A stretch of DNA of 36,051 nt from Catajapyx aquilonaris (Eukaryota): the NCBI GenBank assembly GCA_000934665.2, contig JYFJ02003947.1, positions 1 through 36,051 on the forward strand. Direction: 5' to 3'. Below the pieces are notes generated by a model. That model was not told the origin of the DNA. It saw only the letters and a list, made by a program, of their open reading frames with translations, and made no database searches. The position numbers and the translations under genes are program-made. This document shows positions 31,368-36,051 of the stretch, piece after piece (position 1 is the stretch's first letter; every line of letters starts with the position of its first letter).

Positions 31368-33071
31368 TGCAAAACTATACTTATTCTTATCATGATAGGT
31401 AGTGTCAACTACCAATTGTATGCAGAGTGGTAATACAGGAGTGCCTATTGATAGTACGACAAGTCATCACATGAGACATTTTGCTCACATGTCGCTACAT
31501 GCGTTATGCGACGGCACAATGATGGGAACTTCTGATGGGGCTGGATTTTACCATTAAATGTCAGCTTGCCTAATTGAGCACAAGTGTCGAGGCGGAGCGA
31601 AATTTCCATTCCAATGATTGCAATGAGTGCTACATCTATAGTGAGAGTCTTGTGAAGTATTTTACATTTTGATGTCTGAACTTTCAATTTAAAGCATGAT
31701 AGCAAAGTGAAAGTTATGGACCATTTAATCTGTATTAGTCTCGAAGTATTTAGGGTTTTTTTTAAACACTCAAATGTCAGGAAATTATATGGGCACAATT
31801 TTATCTAGTAACAGCATTGTTAGCCTTTTATTGTTATCCTCTTTTTTCCATGGCAAAGAAATCAAGATTCAAAGTAAATGATGATGGAAATTAGCATCGC
31901 CTTCGGATAGTTGCAATTGAGATAGGTCTAATGTAAAAGCAACTAGCGTACCTGTTAATTGTTACATGTGGGGCACCTTTGAACTAGGTCACACTTCATA
32001 ATGAGAGATGAAAACATTCCTTTGTTGATGGAGGGAAAAATAACCACCTCCAGCAAAAATGTTTTAGCAAGGTTCAGCCAGTATTTTGTAGCAGCTATTG
32101 ACAGTTGACAGGCAAGTGAACCAAGAATGTTGAATAATTTTGTTTTTCTTTTTATATATATATATTATATATATAAATATACACACAATTTTGGAGGTGT
32201 TAGAATTTGTTTGTATATAGATTTCATCTAAGTGCCTGTTGTAAATGTCAATACTCATGGTGACTCCCAAACGGCTGTAGTAAGGATGATGTGGCTCGTG
32301 CCTTGATGCGTGGCTTAGGTAGCTAGGTGACCATGTTCCACGTGATGTGATAGTGCAAGTTTCATTTTCCAACTTCTTATAACTTGACGAAGGAAGTCCC
32401 TGTAGTTCTGATCATATACGTGCAAAGTGTGAGGGTGGATATGGATTCACATCCCAGTAGGGGCACTTGATGACTGGGTCATGTTGGAGGTTCACAGTTC
32501 GTTGTTTATTAGTAATGAAGTGCCTCAGAGTCGGTTCTGTAGCATGGTGGCGCCCAGGGGCGATGCCAAAATTCAAAATGTTAACCTGTCCTTGAAGCAA
32601 AAATGCCTTGTGATACACTGTTTTTGGTCATTCTAAGCATGGTGTGAGGCGTTATATTTTTAATTGTTGAAAACAAATTGTTTGGGATACATGTTGAACA
32701 GATATTCGTCCATTGGTTGCAAACTTTTAACAGGCCTAATCTCATTCTGTTCTTACTACAGCCCTGAAAATGGAAAAACGTGTGTGGTGCCAAATAGGGC
32801 AAAGCGTGTGTTTTTGCACTCCCACCCGACATAATCACGCATGGCATGATAGTTTCACAAATGAAACGCTCACGTAGGTAGAATAGAAATATACATTTAG
32901 TAACACATCACCTGTCTTTAATAAGGTTACACACGTTGAATTTTTATTTGAATGTGCACAGTTGTTCTTGTACGGTGCACCAATATTGTAGCGAGCACAG
33001 TGAATTTGTACTATGTGCATGCATTCCTTCTTTACTAACCACAGTAAAGAAACACGCCCTTTTATATTTTT

Positions 33072-33077
33072 AATAAA
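33072..33077 (+). promoter_or_regulatory. Candidate polyadenylation signal, implying a 3'UTR of about 1.7 kb
   Basis: First AATAAA I see after the stop codon, followed by T/GT-rich sequence; no recognisable TEs between the stop and this site. Confidence 0.45.
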
Positions 33078-33502
33078 CAGGACAATATTTATGCTATTTG
33101 TTTTCACCTTGCCCCTTTCAGTTTACAGCTTGTGAATGTTTTTCACTTGCAGGTGTTTGCTTCTATTTGTATTGTACATCTGTATTAGCAGCAAATAGAG
33201 TAATGAAATAATAGGTGCAAGGCAAATGACAAGTCTTGTGGCTACAAAAGTTGTTTTTATTAATTACATGGAGTGTGGTACCTCGTGTGGGTTCTGCTGT
33301 ATTAGTAATGAATGCCTGTCTTAACGGGCATAACTGACATATTTCTACGTATGTTTTGTGCAAGTGTCTGATTGGTTTAAATTTATTCAAATGTAGAGGT
33401 CCCCTGTTATCGTAGGTGGGGGTTTCTCTTGTCAGCTTGGGTGGCAATCGTCCTAGGCCACGGTCTTCAAAGAATAGGTCGGGACACTCGCCGCCATCTA
33501 GC

Positions 33503-33731
33503 GTGCCGTTAACCCTTCCGCATTGGCAGCAGTATATCTACAATGAAATCACGTTGTGGAACTCGCTGCATCATAGCGACTAGTGACCCTGACGGTACAA
33601 CTCTGCATTAACACCTAGAGTACAGATAGCGATACACCAAGATGCGGAGTTGTACCGTCAGGGTCGCTATGATGCAGCGAGTGATTCCATTGCAGATACA
33701 CTAGCGCCAATGCGGGAAGGGTTAACGGCAC
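33503..33731. mobile_element. Palindromic MITE with piggyBac-like TTAACCCTT ends
   Basis: GTGCCGTTAACCCTTCC..GACCCTGACGGTACAACTC / GAGTTGTACCGTCAGGGTC..GGAAGGGTTAACGGCAC. Confidence 0.82.
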
Positions 33732-33884
33732 AGATTTTTCTATTGGCCTGGGCTAGAAGTGACCGGGGGTTGTCCTAGGCCAATCAGGAGCAGCGGGAGG
33801 TTGTGATTGTTGCACAGTGTAGGGGGCACCCACTCCTTATGAAAATCCATAGTGTTGCATCAGAACTAATATGTCATGTCTTCA

Positions 33885-34286
33885 ACCGAAGCAGTTTGGT
33901 GGAGTGGATAAGGTGTTCGACTGCTAATTTGGAGGTCCTGGGTTCGAGTCCCGGGGCCGGCAATCCTAACGTGGTTTTCTGTGGTTTCCCACTGTCCCCC
34001 CAGTAGAATTCCGGGGTTGCTTCCTAAATAATAGGCCACACCTGCTTCCTTCCTTTTCTATCCTTGTCCCGTCCATGAGGAGGTGCGGTGTCGGTGGGAG
34101 TTCCTGACCCGCATCTAGGGGGTCATCTTGGTGAACAGGCCCCCTGAGGTACTGCACACGACCCCCAACTTGAGGCATTGCACTTGCACCAGTGTCCCCC
34201 CCTCATTATCCCTATCCTGTCCCCTGCACCAGATGGTGGTATTCCACTCCCCTAAGAGGGCCTACAGCCCTAGCACGGGGTACAAC

Positions 34287-34331
<45 letters not shown>
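33885..34331 (+). mobile_element. Chimeric SINE: family 1 head and centre, family 2 body and tail, (AAT)n end
   Basis: Family 1 sequence to about 34065, then family 2 motifs (GGTACTGCACAC, TTGCACTTGCACC, TGGTGGTATTCCAC); a single 12-bp TSD GTCATGTCTTCA at 33873-33884 and 34332-34343. Confidence 0.9.
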
Positions 34332-35164
34332 GTCATGTCTTCAGGCATTTAAAGTGAATTGTGGCAGGGGGCAAAAATCCTTCCCAACTACAATGTGGAT
34401 CCAAAGTGGCCCCTGGGCTGCCCCCAACCACACTTCACAGCACGTGCCTGGGGGCCCATTGAAATATCCTACCTGATGCAACGCACAGGCAAACTGGCCC
34501 CTGGGCCACCCGCCCCAAGCCCCAGGCCAGCCCCGGCCACTCTCCACCCACCCAAAGCAAACCCTGTCAGACACAACCCCACCCGAACCCTGGGCTTATG
34601 CTGCTACCAGGACTACTGCCGCTCTTACATGACATCATCCGGGGGACAGAGATGGTGAATTCTGAATATGATGATTATATGATTTGGTCCACATCAAGAT
34701 GCAGCAGGTTGGGTGAAAGGTAACTTTAACTGGTTAGGTTTCACTGATCCTGAGCAGCACCCTGCTGCAGCATCTCCTGAGGGAACGGCATGTTATGTTT
34801 GCTTGTTAGTACGTACTGTACTATTCTTGCAGTGCACAAATTGGTTTTGTCTTGGAAACATGGTTTGGCTGCTAGAGGACTGCAGGGTTTTTGGTCACAT
34901 GCCAAAGATGGTGGCCAGATCTGCGATCCCAAGGAGAAACATTAAGTATGGTTTTCCACAACACCTAATTATGTCATAAAGTTTAACTGCTGAAAGCAAG
35001 CTGAAAGTAACTGCTGGGTATAAGTCCTTGAGTGTACTCATATAGCCCATCCTACACTGAATGATCACTGGATTAGGAACTCCTGGTGCATGACCTGGTC
35101 ACAAAAGGCTTGCAGGAACATGAGTTGACCTCTCCTCTGCACAGCAGAAGGCAATAATTGCCAA

Positions 35165-35660
35165 AGGAGTGACATGTGGGATTTTGACCATGAAGGTGGT
35201 AGTTGCTGGTGCCAGTATTTTGGAAACAGCCACTCTTGTAGGCTGTTCCCATACAACAGTATTAACCCTTGCATAAGCCATGGAAATATGGCATCAATGG
35301 ACCTTGGACCAGCCTTGGACACTTGGCAGAAGGTTGTCTGGAGTGATGTCCCATTTTATACTGCATGTGGCACGAGCTGCACAAAACTGTATCCCTTGGT
35401 TGCACCATTGACCAAGTTGGGATTCAACAGGCCTGTGGTGAGTGTGTCATGGTGTTGTGAGCTTTCTTTTGGCATGCCCAGATGCCCTAGGACTGTTGGT
35501 CATCATACCATAATCCTTGAATGGTTATAGCACTACAGGGACCTGTAAGCTGACCTTCCACAGCCATACCTCCAGAAGGTCCTTCCCGACCACAGTGCCA
35601 TGTATATCAACAGGACAACACACACCATATATAATGCCATTGCAACACAGGTCATTGTGT
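35165..35660 (+). pseudogene. Heavily decayed Tc1-type transposase relic
   Basis: Across frameshifts, in the order expected for a Tc1 DDE domain: HQWTLDQ / WQKVVWSD (first D), QQACGECVMVL*AFFWH..LGLLVII (cf. GGSVMVWG..W.GLGPL), HYRDL*AD..QPY, QQDNTP..HRS (second D). Confidence 0.72.
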
Positions 35661-36051
35661 TTAGTTAATGAACTAGACAATAGTATATGTGCTGGTGATG
35701 TAACGATGATATATATCCCGCTTGATGAATTATATTACATCAGGAGTTAATATAACTAGTTATACTGTATGTACCTGGTAGTTATACATATATATTTGTA
35801 TATTAAAATGAAAGTGTTATAATGGTACTCGTCTTCTGTAATTTTTCTTTCCATATGCTTATTTAGTAATGTCCTTATATCTGCTGCTTTTATTCAACGC
35901 TTGCAAAACAACTACATTAAGGTGGAAATGAAGCTAGAGTCACTTATTGAGAACTTATGAAAAAAACATGTGTTACGCAGTTTTATGTCCTCTTGTCAAT
36001 GGTGCAAAGAAAAATACACGTCACCGTGCAAATTAGAGAACTGGAGGGCTC

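Overview
Eukaryotic genomic DNA, most likely from an arthropod (inferred from the protein and repeat types). The only host gene I can support is a 10-coding-exon group II p21-activated kinase (PAK4/Drosophila mbt-like) on the + strand: ATG at 12714, TAG at 31367, 680 aa after splicing. It has an N-terminal basic stretch and CRIB domain, a Pro/Gln-rich linker with Q17, and a C-terminal kinase domain. One intron (intron 7) is GC-AG, and a 3-codon uORF lies just upstream of the start. The rest is introns and flanks densely filled with non-autonomous mobile elements: eight tRNA-derived SINE copies with target-site duplications (TSDs), one old V-SINE-like relic, many MITEs or foldback palindromes of Tc1/mariner-, hAT-, piggyBac-, Kolobok- and Harbinger-like types, and dead Merlin (IS1595-like) and Tc1 transposase relics. 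The most unusual signal is a conserved pseudoknotted RNA fold with compensatory base changes in four divergent SINE copies. The SINEs also shuffle heads, bodies and a structured 3' hairpin as modules. All alignments and folds were done by eye; nothing prokaryotic, CRISPR-like or rRNA-like was seen.
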